Origin: Candidatus Saccharimonadales bacterium
GTDB lineage: Bacteria > Patescibacteriota > Saccharimonadia > Saccharimonadales > Saccharimonadaceae
DNA: 64,000 bases
Direction of reading: 5' to 3'
Assembly: GCA_035697325.1 (NCBI GenBank)
Contig: DASSDB010000002.1
Location: 91,232-155,231, forward strand
Every line of letters starts with the position of its first letter. Position 1 is the first letter of the stretch. Shown here piece by piece: positions 8,360 to 16,327 of the stretch. The notes below the pieces were generated by a model. It had not been told where the DNA came from, did no database searches, and saw only the letters and a list, made by a program, of their open reading frames with translations. A program made the translations under genes and the position numbers.

Positions 8360-10762
8360 CTATACCGTTTGTTTTGCTTTAGCGAATCCGAAACCTGTTT
8401 TTCGCGGACCACCGCCTAAGGCTTCTGCTTTGTTTACTTTGACCGTGCTCTGCTCAGCCTGGTGGCGTGGTTTTACGTGCAGATAGTAAGTCGTTTTAAG
8501 ACCCTTCTTCCAGGCAGTACTGTAAATATCAACATACTCATCAATATCGCGGGTCTCAAGGTACATATTGCGACTAATTGCTTGGTCGACCCATTTTTGT
8601 GCACGAGCAGCTACTTCGATAAAAGCATACGGACTCAGCTGGAAGCTCGTTTTGTATACATCTTTAAGATGTTTTGGAATTGCATCAATTTGTTGTACAT
8701 CACCTTGCAAACGAAGCACGTCTTCTTTTACATCATCCCAAATACCGAGTTCTTTCAGGTCGTTTACAAGGTTGACATTTACTTCAAGAAATTTACCGTT
8801 CAGTGTCGCACGAGAGAAAATTTGCGCAAATTGCGGGTCAAGCCCAGGTGTCGTTCCGGCAATATGTGCGATATTGGCAGTCGGTGCGATTGCCATCAAC
8901 GTTGCATTGCGCATACCCTTCTTCACCTTCTTGCGGAGCGCTTCCCAGTCAAGGCGGGTCTTGCGATTGACGTCTACTTTCACGTGGCGGTCCTTAGCAA
9001 GCTCATCGAGCGTATCAATAGGGAAGATTCCCTTGCTCCAGCCGCTTCCCTTGAAGGTTTCATAGGTACCACGGGTCTTGGCCATTTCAGCCGATTCATC
9101 GATCGCGTGGTAGCTAATGAACTCGGCGATTTGGTCAACAAGGTCATAGGCTTCTTCAGATTCGTAGCTGTAGCCAAGCTTCTCAGTCACATCTGTGAAT
9201 CCCATAAAGCCGAGGCCAAGTGCGCGGTTCTTAAGATTAGAGTTCATAGCCTCAGGAATTGGCGTGTTGGTGATATCACAAAGGTTATCAAGCTGACGGA
9301 TCGCACTGCGGGTTGAGGCAGCCAGGCGGTCCCAATCCCACGTTTTATCTTCCTTAAGGTGCGCAGCAAGGTTAATACTTACGAGATTACATACGGCCGT
9401 GTTGTCTTTATCCTGTGGCAGCGTAATTTCCGTACAGAGGTTTGAAAGGTGAATCGTACTCGTATTATTGTTGAGCGCACGAACATTAATCGTGTCCTTC
9501 CAAGTAAGCCATGGGTGACTAGTTGCTTGAAGTGTAATGAGGATTTGACGGAATTGCTCACGGGCTTTTACTTTAGAAAATTCACGCATCTGCCCTTTTT
9601 CAGCTCGCTTGATGTATTCAGCATAGCGCTTGGAGAATTCCTCACCGTAAAGTTCAGGGAGGTCTTCTACTTCGGCCGGGTCAAACATATACCAATCTTG
9701 GTCTTTTGAGACACGCTTCATAAATTCATCGCTGATGAAAACGGCTGTGTTGGCAAGACGAGTACGAAGATACGGGTCACCGGAGTTCTGCTTGAGGTCA
9801 AGGAACTGCGGAAAGTTGAGGTGCCAATTTTCCATGTAGAGCGCCGCCGCACCAGCCTTCTTGCCCTTGCGAGAAACAGCAAAAAGCGCAGTATCGACCA
9901 TTTTCATGAATGGAATTGGACCGGTCGATTCAGTGTTGGTCGTTTTAACAGGACTACCTGCGGCACGAAGTTTGTTGAGGCTGATGCCGATACCACCAGT
10001 ACCCTTCGCTATCCACATCACATCACGAACGCCCTTGGCGATCGATTCCATGTCATCTTGTACTTCGAGAAGAAAACAGTTTGAAAGCTGCGGGAACGAA
10101 CCACCAGCGTTTACACGGGTGCTTCCGCCCGGAACGTAGTCCAGATTACTCATATGACGATAGAAATCAAGCGCGGCTTCGGTTGGGTTTTCCTCATTAA
10201 AGCTAAGGCCCATCGCGATACGCATATGGGTAAACTGCGGCACTTCAATTGGTGCACCACTTTGCTTACGAAGCGCATAGCGGTTCTTATTGGTCACCAC
10301 CCCCAAATATTTGCTCAGTTGATCGCGGGTCGGATCAAGCGCTTTGGCAAGTTTTTTAATATTGAATACTTTATTGTTCATGCGAGTATCAAGCAGCCCA
10401 TCGCTAATACCTTGCTTGATAAACTCCGGAAATTTCTCTTCGTGAAGTTTTTTTAGCTCTGCTTCACTTTCGTAGTCACCTAAGATATTTTTGTAGATAT
10501 TCTTTAAAAGCAGACGTGCGGCGATCTTATCAAAATCGGGATCATCTTTGACGTTCTGAAGCGCCGTATGTATTACCGCTTCATCCAGTTGCTCCGTGGT
10601 AATACCGTCGAATAATGTCAGTTGCAGCTCTGTGGCTACTTGCACAACCTTGCTGATTTGGTCTGGCAAGCCCTCACTTGCGGCAACCAATGCGAGGTTG
10701 ATCTTGTTTGCGTCAAATGGTTCGCGGGTGCCATCGCGTTTTACCACGTGAATTCCACTCAT
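8360..10762 (-). CDS. nrdA: Ribonucleoside-diphosphate reductase alpha subunit (class I, with ATP-cone)
   Basis: N-terminal ATP-cone (VVKRDGTREPFDANKI), catalytic NLCTEI region, 800 aa. Confidence 0.97.
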   Translation of the reverse strand: MSGIHVVKRDGTREPFDANKINLALVAASEGLPDQISKVVQVATELQLTLFDGITTEQLDEAVIHTALQNVKDDPDFDKIAARLLLKNIYKNILGDYESEAELKKLHEEKFPEFIKQGISDGLLDTRMNNKVFNIKKLAKALDPTRDQLSKYLGVVTNKNRYALRKQSGAPIEVPQFTHMRIAMGLSFNEENPTEAALDFYRHMSNLDYVPGGSTRVNAGGSFPQLSNCFLLEVQDDMESIAKGVRDVMWIAKGTGGIGISLNKLRAAGSPVKTTNTESTGPIPFMKMVDTALFAVSRKGKKAGAAALYMENWHLNFPQFLDLKQNSGDPYLRTRLANTAVFISDEFMKRVSKDQDWYMFDPAEVEDLPELYGEEFSKRYAEYIKRAEKGQMREFSKVKAREQFRQILITLQATSHPWLTWKDTINVRALNNNTSTIHLSNLCTEITLPQDKDNTAVCNLVSINLAAHLKEDKTWDWDRLAASTRSAIRQLDNLCDITNTPIPEAMNSNLKNRALGLGFMGFTDVTEKLGYSYESEEAYDLVDQIAEFISYHAIDESAEMAKTRGTYETFKGSGWSKGIFPIDTLDELAKDRHVKVDVNRKTRLDWEALRKKVKKGMRNATLMAIAPTANIAHIAGTTPGLDPQFAQIFSRATLNGKFLEVNVNLVNDLKELGIWDDVKEDVLRLQGDVQQIDAIPKHLKDVYKTSFQLSPYAFIEVAARAQKWVDQAISRNMYLETRDIDEYVDIYSTAWKKGLKTTYYLHVKPRHQAEQSTVKVNKAEALGGGPRKTGFGFAKAKQTV

Positions 10763-10894
10763 GTTATACCCTCTATGCTACTTTATGTTCTACCCTAGTT
10801 CCACGCCCAAGTCTCTCAAAAATGGGTGCAAGAAAAATACCGCCGTAGCTGGTAACAGATACCCTCCTTGCCAAATGTGTGTTTTTATTGAACT

Positions 10895-10942
10895 ACTACA
10901 TATGTAGTGTCTGAATATGACTATAGACCCTACATGTATGGT
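10895..10942 (-). promoter_or_regulatory. Tandem NrdR-box-like palindromes upstream of nrdA
   Basis: ACTACATATGTAGTGT (10895-10910; ACTACATATGTAGT is a perfect palindrome) and ACCCTACATGTATGGT (10927-10942), centres 32 bp apart. Colinear with the pyrG module. Confidence 0.55.
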
Positions 10943-11016
10943 TTTCAAGTAGTTGGGCAGTGTTTTTATTACCACGAAAAAAATAACACCTTATAGCGTT
11001 ATGTTTGTTATTTACA

Positions 11017-11032
11017 ACACTATATGTAGCGT
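11017..11032. promoter_or_regulatory. Third, isolated NrdR-box-like site
   Basis: ACACTATATGTAGCGT, directly abutting the stop codon of the 11035-12165 ORF and about 255 bp upstream of the nrdA start. Confidence 0.4.
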
Positions 11033-11034
11033 AT

Positions 11035-12165
11035 TTATTCAGGTTGTGACGGCTCTCGGGCTGCTGCGTCCTTCTTTAGTTCTCTCATTTGGACGCCCAT
11101 TTCTTTAAATGCCCCCGAGTCGCCCCCTGCCTCAAATCCACGATCGGGGTGGAGTTTTGATTGCACCTTGCGCTCTACTTTACCTAGCTGAGCACTGTTA
11201 AGCGACTCTATGTCAGAAGTTTCGTAAAGGTTCTTGGCAACCGCTCGAATTTCCTCAGCGGCCTTTGTTACGTTTCGCTGCTCATACTCTTTATATGCGT
11301 CCTTTTCAGCCTCATCCCGTGTCACTTTCTCGCGGTAGGTGCGGACTTCGTCACTTTGAGGAGTGGCAGTCTGTTTTACTTCCTCGTAGGATTCAGTTTT
11401 CGGTTCGTAGAAGTCGTAGGTAGAACTCTCAGTACGAGGAGTACGCTTTGTATATTCATCTGCCTCATGTATGGTCGCATCAAAATAACTGGACCAATTA
11501 AAGGTACCGATGGGTTCGTCTAATATCTTCTGCGTACGAATTCGATCATAAGAGCCGAGATCTTTTATGGCGAACCCACCAAGATTGCGGCGATAGCTGA
11601 TATCTTGCCGCCCTTGTTCACGTTCCGCTTGTCCCACTTCATCAAGAAGACGATTAGTTTTACCGTCGATAAGCGGCACACCAGCCGGAAGCTTTTCGCG
11701 CAGTTCTTTGATTTGCAAGTCAGAAAGTTCTTCATGGACCAAGATTGCTGACGGAATTTGCGTCTCGCCGTCTACATCCAAGTGGCTGCCGTCGTACAGT
11801 AATGTAAGGTTTGGTGAAAGCTCATCCTTATTAATCGTTTGTCGCATATCCATATCGATAGATGACATGAGACTACCCATACCAAGCTTTCCGTAACCTC
11901 GCTCGCGTATATTGGACTTACTTTCTCCCTTTTCTTCTTGAGCTTCTCGAGCCAAATGCGAGAGTCCGGCAAAAGATTCTTGAGTAATTGAATTACTGTT
12001 CACCTCTACCATGACTGTGTCACGAGGAATAACGGCAAAATTACCTATGCCCTCAGATCCTGCTAAAAGCGAATGACGCAAAGTGCCCGAAGCAAAGGGG
12101 CTTTCCGTGTCGTAAAATTGGTAGGCTTCTCGATTGGATATGTTTATTTTTTCGCTGATGGGCAT
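11035..12165 (-). CDS. Hypothetical protein with C-terminal J-domain-like segment
   Basis: 376 aa. The C-terminus KVERKVQSKLHPDRGFEAGGDSGAFKEMGVQMRELKK has the helix II-HPD-helix III layout of DnaJ J domains. The N-terminal ~300 aa are unrecognised. Confidence 0.6.
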   Translation of the reverse strand: MPISEKINISNREAYQFYDTESPFASGTLRHSLLAGSEGIGNFAVIPRDTVMVEVNSNSITQESFAGLSHLAREAQEEKGESKSNIRERGYGKLGMGSLMSSIDMDMRQTINKDELSPNLTLLYDGSHLDVDGETQIPSAILVHEELSDLQIKELREKLPAGVPLIDGKTNRLLDEVGQAEREQGRQDISYRRNLGGFAIKDLGSYDRIRTQKILDEPIGTFNWSSYFDATIHEADEYTKRTPRTESSTYDFYEPKTESYEEVKQTATPQSDEVRTYREKVTRDEAEKDAYKEYEQRNVTKAAEEIRAVAKNLYETSDIESLNSAQLGKVERKVQSKLHPDRGFEAGGDSGAFKEMGVQMRELKKDAAAREPSQPE

Positions 12166-12223
12166 TTATAATAATATAATCACAAAATACCGCTTATGTC
12201 AATATACAGTTGGTTGTTGGTAG

Positions 12224-12270
12224 TTTGGGTCCGTCGTTCGCTGACAAAAATCACGAACGACGGACCCAAA
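12224..12270 (-). terminator. Perfect 17-bp hairpin downstream of the 12276-12449 micro-ORF
   Basis: TTTGGGTCCGTCGTTCG (12224-12240) / CGAACGACGGACCCAAA (12254-12270), 13-nt loop. No clear U-tract on either strand. Confidence 0.45.
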
Positions 12271-12275
12271 TGGCG

Positions 12276-12449
12276 TCAGAGCAAGTCACCTCCACCGTCG
12301 TATCCTCGGCAGCCGTCCTCGAAGACCTCACCCGGTGTTTCCGGGGCAAAGATCGCCCCGCCACACCCGTCGAATGAGGCACCGCCACCCAGCTCGCTAC
12401 CGAGCAGGGCATCGCCTGTCCTGGCAGCCTCATCATGCGTGGGTTGCAT
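12276..12449 (-). CDS. Unlisted 57-aa acidic Gly-rich micro-ORF in a GC-rich patch
   Basis: Below the track cutoff. AAGGGAG sits 7 nt upstream of the ATG at 12449. Candidate promoter TTGATC-17-TATTAT further upstream. Reads MQPTHDEAARTGDALLGSELGGGASFDGCGGAIFAPETPGEVFEDGCRGYDGGGDLL, stop TGA. Line 12281-12340 is 37/60 GC. Confidence 0.4.
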   Translation of the reverse strand: MQPTHDEAARTGDALLGSELGGGASFDGCGGAIFAPETPGEVFEDGCRGYDGGGDLL

Positions 12450-12532
12450 AGAGATACTCCCTTGTAGAGTTGATAGTCGGCCGACAAACCAAAGAGATAA
12501 TATACCGAATTACGGTTGTGATCAATACTCTG

Positions 12533-13579
12533 CTACTGTGTGCGAGCTTTAATAAAATCAACCACTTTGCTCATCGCCTCTTCGCCGTCCTCTGTATCAA
12601 GATTGAATTGGTACTCGTGCGGAAGCTTCGGTTGATGATCGTCGGCAAAGAACGAAGTAGTTACCGGTACATGCTTATCACTCAGTTCTTTTGCAAACGG
12701 TTTGGATTGGTCGTTGGTGAGTGGATCGTTGTTACCTCCGCTTATAAAGGTGGGCGGAAATTGAGACGTCACGTGATAATACGGAGACATCTGGCGAATG
12801 ATTGGATCTGAATAGTCCTTTGTGCCAGAGTATGCCCAGAGGGCCGTATCATCGCCCCATCCTATTATTTTGGGAAGTTCCGGCGCTGGTTGCGTAAGGC
12901 CGAACATTTTGTATATACCACAGAAAAGAATCACTCCTTTGAGCTGCGATGGTTTTAGTGTCGGTTCGATTCCTACCTCGGCTGCATAAAACGGATTGGT
13001 CACGATGGCTGCCATTTGACTAGAGATCTGGGCGCCGGCTGAATCACCAGCGAGAAATACCTTGTTCATATCTGCATGAAAACGGCCTTGATTTTTGTCA
13101 AGAAAATCGTATGCCTCATTTAGCTGTTTTAGCGGAGTGGGATAGGTTTTTTCGGGTGCAAGGGTGTAGTTAGGCGCGATAACAGTAAAGCCCTTGGCAG
13201 CCAAGATTTTAAAGTAGGTAGCCCAATCGTCTTTGCCGCCAGAAATCCAGGCACCACCATGGGTCCATATGACCACCGGTAGCTGTTTGTCCGTATTGCC
13301 TATATTTGATGGAAAGTAAACATCGAGAAGCATTCCGGTAGAATCGTATTTTTCATTGGCAAGCCGTGTTACGGGTTGTTGGGGAGTGTGCTTTTCGAGA
13401 GCCTGCTTAGACTTGGCGCTGTCTAAATCGAACACGGTTCGGATAAGCAATGCACCTGGCCATGGTGTTACCTTGAAAAGTGTCATTACAATAATAATGA
13501 CCGCAAGTATGCTACCCGTTATCCACAGCAGCTTCTTATGACGTTTATAGAAAGGAACGCGTTTTTTTGATTTTGCCAT
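12533..13579 (-). CDS. Alpha/beta hydrolase (HSL-type esterase/lipase), membrane-anchored
   Basis: HGGAW oxyanion motif (VIWTHGGAWISGG) and GDSAGA nucleophile elbow. N-terminal TM helix after MAKSKKRVPFYKRHKK. The ATG at 13579 is preferred over the track start at 13657. Confidence 0.85.
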   Translation of the reverse strand: MAKSKKRVPFYKRHKKLLWITGSILAVIIIVMTLFKVTPWPGALLIRTVFDLDSAKSKQALEKHTPQQPVTRLANEKYDSTGMLLDVYFPSNIGNTDKQLPVVIWTHGGAWISGGKDDWATYFKILAAKGFTVIAPNYTLAPEKTYPTPLKQLNEAYDFLDKNQGRFHADMNKVFLAGDSAGAQISSQMAAIVTNPFYAAEVGIEPTLKPSQLKGVILFCGIYKMFGLTQPAPELPKIIGWGDDTALWAYSGTKDYSDPIIRQMSPYYHVTSQFPPTFISGGNNDPLTNDQSKPFAKELSDKHVPVTTSFFADDHQPKLPHEYQFNLDTEDGEEAMSKVVDFIKARTQ

Positions 13580-13657
13580 ATACCCTCTTTTCCGTTTATG
13601 TTTATTGTAGAAAAAATAACGCGAAAAAACAAAACTTTGCCCTATATAGTTAATCAA

Positions 13658-13690
13658 AAGAAAAGAGCCCTAGTCTAGGACTCTTTTCTT
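13658..13690 (-). terminator. Hairpin terminator immediately 3' of tRNA-Ser(GGA)
   Basis: AAGAAAAGAG...CTCTTTTCTT stem. The minus-strand transcript then continues UUUUGAUU. Confidence 0.6.
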
Positions 13691-13779
13691 GGCGGAGAGA
13701 CAGGGATTCGAACCCTGGGTACCATTGCTGGCACACACGCGTTCCAGGCGTGCCAATTCAACCACTCTTGCACCTCTCC
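13690..13779 (-). tRNA. tRNA-Ser (anticodon GGA)
   Basis: Hand fold of GGAGAGGTGCAAGAGTGGTTGAATTGGCACGCCTGGAACGCGTG...GGTTCGAATCCCTGTCTCTCCGCCA. Long variable arm, anticodon loop CU-GGA-AC, encoded CCA. Confidence 0.9.
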
Positions 13780-13794
13780 ACAGGTTTTATAACC

Positions 13795-14583
13795 CTATTC
13801 TACCAGATTAAAATGACGTAGTGCATAGGTGAGGCCATCCGGCGTATCTGATACGGAAGGAACGACAAGATCCGCTTTGGCCTTAAGGAGCGGATCGGCA
13901 TTTCCCATGGCGACGGTTATGCCGCGCTGTCTCATAGCGTGGATGGCATCAAAGAGAGGGCCATCACCGGAGATATCATCTCCTATACCAACGGCCTTGC
14001 CATCGCTTAAACCGGCCAATTCAAACACTTTCGCAATTCCCGTTCCTTTATTAATTCCATTCACCGTTATTTGAAAACACCCCAAAGTCTCACTATTTTC
14101 ATAGCGCATAAAACGAGCCTGTACTTCGTTCATACTTTCAAACAACTCCTCGAGCCATGGCCCTTCTTCTAGAGGGTACACACCAAAGACAGAGGGCGAC
14201 TCCTCCGGATAATTAAAACGTGTATCGATACTGGCCGGATCTGTCTTGATGCGCGCCTCCAGAGTTGAAGTCGAAATTTCGATGCATTTTCTGCCGGCTT
14301 TACGCATGATTTCTGTTACTGTATCGCGCTCGAGCCAGTTTTTCCAGACTACTTCCTCGGTCGCAAGGTCAACGGCAGTTGCACCACTATCGAGGGAGCC
14401 AAGATCAACGAGACGGACACCATGCTGAGCAATTTTACGCATAAGGGGTAAGTTGCGAGCTGTCGCCGGAATAGACGGAACTTCGAGGGCATTTAGAGCC
14501 TCTTTTGAGGGAATCGTCTTTGTAAGATGGTCGTACGCCGTATTATCGACATCCCATGCTACCACATCAATACGCTCACTCAT
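13795..14583 (-). CDS. HAD-superfamily hydrolase (Cof/IIB-type phosphatase)
   Basis: DxD motif (VVAWDVDNTAYD) and C-terminal GIGDDISGDGPLF motif. Confidence 0.8.
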   Translation of the reverse strand: MSERIDVVAWDVDNTAYDHLTKTIPSKEALNALEVPSIPATARNLPLMRKIAQHGVRLVDLGSLDSGATAVDLATEEVVWKNWLERDTVTEIMRKAGRKCIEISTSTLEARIKTDPASIDTRFNYPEESPSVFGVYPLEEGPWLEELFESMNEVQARFMRYENSETLGCFQITVNGINKGTGIAKVFELAGLSDGKAVGIGDDISGDGPLFDAIHAMRQRGITVAMGNADPLLKAKADLVVPSVSDTPDGLTYALRHFNLVE

Positions 14584-15530
14584 TGCTCGCTACCCCGATA
14601 AACATTTGGAAGCAATCGGCGAACCACTTCGAGGTCTTTAGGGCGATGAAAACGAAGTTGTCCTTTATCTTCGGGGGCTTCTGAAAAAAGGCGATCGAGC
14701 GTCATTGGAAGACCTTTAGCATTTGTCACTTGCCTGTCGGCATCCGTAACATCAGGGGTGATGCGCCCCGTCGCCATATCGACGTACTGCGCGGCAGGGT
14801 GCTGCGTGTGCGCGCCAGCATCAGCGCGGAACACGGCATCAACATAGTGCTCGGCTCTATCTTTATACTGTTCAGGAAGCTCATTGCGAAGCATCGCAAG
14901 CTCACGCTCGGCATCGTACATTGCCTCTTCGAATGGCAGGTTTTTGTCGTGATATTTACGGATAGCCGTACCAACCATATCTCTTAAAGAAAGTTGCTCA
15001 ATAACTTGTTTTTCATCATCTGTTAGTACTTCGGTATGAGGTAGGATATTGCGTACAACTTGTAAATTGTACTTTTTTTGATTGCGACTATTACCGTCGA
15101 GAGCCACCCCATACGATTTGCCACCATCTTGAAATATAGTAGTGAACACACGAAGTATTCGATCGCGCGGTTCGGCCAGGTCTTGATCGAGCGTATGATT
15201 ATAAACATTTGTCACAGATTGATTATGCTCGCCAAGGCGGCGGGGGCGAGGTATTTTTATGTCACCAGCGAGCATCCATGCCATAAGAAGCGAGGTTGAG
15301 CCCAGCTTGATCATTTGGTTACCCGTTCTTTCGGCGGCTCGCTGTATATCGGCTTCGCGGGGCTGAGCCATATGCTCTTTAATAAAAGCATTGAATGTCT
15401 CCGGATCAACAAGCGGCTCGCCTTCACTAAGACGATGGCTGATTTCGCGAGTTATAGCCTCAGGAATTTCGCGCGGACCGGCCAGAATCTCTCTTGTCTG
15501 TTCCAAAGAGATGGAACGAGGTTTATTCAT
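14580..15530 (-). CDS. Hypothetical protein, 316 aa, GC-rich
   Basis: Long ORF with 4-nt overlap to the HAD gene and 8-nt overlap to the upstream ORF. No family recognised. Line 14761-14820 is 42/60 GC. Confidence 0.7.
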   Translation of the reverse strand: MNKPRSISLEQTREILAGPREIPEAITREISHRLSEGEPLVDPETFNAFIKEHMAQPREADIQRAAERTGNQMIKLGSTSLLMAWMLAGDIKIPRPRRLGEHNQSVTNVYNHTLDQDLAEPRDRILRVFTTIFQDGGKSYGVALDGNSRNQKKYNLQVVRNILPHTEVLTDDEKQVIEQLSLRDMVGTAIRKYHDKNLPFEEAMYDAERELAMLRNELPEQYKDRAEHYVDAVFRADAGAHTQHPAAQYVDMATGRITPDVTDADRQVTNAKGLPMTLDRLFSEAPEDKGQLRFHRPKDLEVVRRLLPNVYRGSEQ

Positions 15531-16182
15531 TGTTCACGCCCCTGTTATATACTTGCGTTCGTACGTTCGTAATAGAGGGAGCAAGCCGATCTTGATCCAT
15601 TTGCTCGGCAATGGCCAGGACATCCTCAAGGGCTCCATCGTTAAGTTCGGCAGCAGAGATATCAACAAACGTTCCTGGTTCATGATACATAACTGGATGT
15701 TTTGAATTTGGGAGATAGCGGATAGAAAAGAGGTCGGCTGCGGTTAAGCGAAGTGCTTGGCGCCCTGATTGCCTGAATAATGCCTCCACCTCTTCCATGG
15801 TGAATTCTTCGTTAGATTCATCATATTCACGACGACGACCAAGCGGGACTCGCGCTGCCGGGACATCTTCGGACCGGGGTACCCATAGTTCGGTCCGGCC
15901 AATACGATCAACGAGCTCCCCGTAGTCGTCCGCTTCAGGCGTGCCCCATGATTTACTTGGATCGAGACCAAATACCACTTCTTTTCGCGGTCCGAACCTC
16001 CCCTCACCTACAACTCCACCGATTATGGGCAGGTGTGGATCGGCAGTCTTTAACGCATGTCGAACAAGCCGGTCAAGCACTTTACCCCGATTAAGCTCTT
16101 GCCCCTCTGGTATTTCCAGTCGTGCTGAAAAAGTGTAATCAACCCCTTCACCAAGCGTATAAGAATGCTTTTCTGCCATCAA
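15523..16182 (-). CDS. Hypothetical protein, 219 aa, GC-rich
   Basis: First gene of the three-gene minus-strand operon. No family recognised. Line 15841-15900 is 41/60 GC. Confidence 0.7.
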   Translation of the reverse strand: MMAEKHSYTLGEGVDYTFSARLEIPEGQELNRGKVLDRLVRHALKTADPHLPIIGGVVGEGRFGPRKEVVFGLDPSKSWGTPEADDYGELVDRIGRTELWVPRSEDVPAARVPLGRRREYDESNEEFTMEEVEALFRQSGRQALRLTAADLFSIRYLPNSKHPVMYHEPGTFVDISAAELNDGALEDVLAIAEQMDQDRLAPSITNVRTQVYNRGVNNE

Positions 16183-16289
16183 ATTCCCCCTTTAGCTTTC
16201 ATCAAATGTATACTGAATACACTTATCATACACATAAGCATTTTGTCAAAGAGCCGCCCTGAGTTGTATAATTTACGCTACCTGGACGG

Positions 16290-16319
16290 TTGCTTTTCAA
16301 GAGAAGACGCTCCTATAAT
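16290..16319 (+). promoter_or_regulatory. Candidate promoter of the ABC operon (near-leaderless)
   Basis: TTGCTT-18 nt-TATAAT (16314-19), with the ATG at 16328 only 8 nt after the -10 and no SD. A second candidate, TTGTCA-16-TGTATAAT, lies about 45 nt upstream. Confidence 0.35.
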
Positions 16320-16327
16320 GGGATAGT

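Noticed and set aside
8462-9316. 284-aa and 165-aa plus-strand ORFs inside nrdA
   Set aside because: They are entirely antisense to a confidently identified, motif-rich gene. The translations are low-complexity and Cys/Arg/Phe-rich with no SD. They are shadow ORFs.
12196-12552. 118-aa plus-strand and 78-aa minus-strand ORFs in the GC-rich patch
   Set aside because: Neither has an SD. The products are Pro/Ser/Arg-rich. The 57-aa minus-strand frame is the only one with a promoter-SD-terminator arrangement.
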